From the NCBI GenBank assembly GCA_033442325.1, contig JAWQFM010000003.1:2535970-2599969 (forward strand): a DNA stretch of 64,000 bases, written 5' to 3'. How positions within the stretch are numbered: position 1 is the stretch's first letter; each line of letters opens with the position of its first letter. Both the position numbers and the translations under genes were made by a program. Below the pieces are notes generated by a model. It saw only the letters and a list, made by a program, of their open reading frames with translations, made no database searches and was not told the origin of the DNA. This stretch comes from Salpingoeca rosetta. Lineage: Eukaryota > Protista > Choanoflagellata. Shown here piece by piece: positions 63,844 to 64,000 of the stretch.

Positions 63844-64000
63844 GCGCAACCTCCCACGCCCACACACAGCTGTCGTCACCAACACATGCGGACCTGCTCT
63901 TCATGATGTTATGATTGCACGCATGGCCACGTGCTGCAACTCGCCTCGCACTTTGCCCTCCCCTCCCGCCTTCTCCAAAATCTCTTGTGCTTTCCACGCG

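Overview
This is gene-dense, intron-rich eukaryotic DNA whose introns are full of (GT)n, (CA)n and (CACT)n microsatellites. The style and gene content suggest a choanoflagellate such as Salpingoeca rosetta (inference, not verified). Splicing by hand along GT-AG boundaries gives about 18 protein-coding genes, many in head-to-head pairs. In order: POLA1 5' part (-), GALE (+), PET117 (+), a helix + DUF3427/SRA-like protein (+), a giant 11-aa-repeat coiled-coil protein (-), a small SH2 adaptor (+), NEK1-like kinase (+), a secreted protein with a cubilin-N-like start (+), a dCMP-deaminase homologue lacking all three Zn ligands (-), AFG1L (-), an orphan ORF (+), CENP-K (-), PPP2R3C (+), CaMK1-like kinase (-), MVK (+), a Gln-rich double C4 zinc-finger protein (-), an SDP1/TGL4-type lipase (-) and a GH38-like/DUF5054 glycosidase (+). 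Four items stand out. (1) The spliced 46.4-50.7 kb gene has a Cys pattern (CxxC..CxxC..Cx5C..CxxCR) resembling a nuclear-receptor DNA-binding domain, which is normally regarded as animal-specific. (2) The dCMP deaminase appears to be a pseudoenzyme. (3) One protein joins a CDCA7/WDR76-type helix to a possible modified-DNA reader domain. (4) Many introns show 5'-(GU)n ... (CA)n-3' polarity. All gene models and family calls are manual reconstructions from remembered motifs; no searches were run. Most ORFs in the supplied track are microsatellite artefacts.
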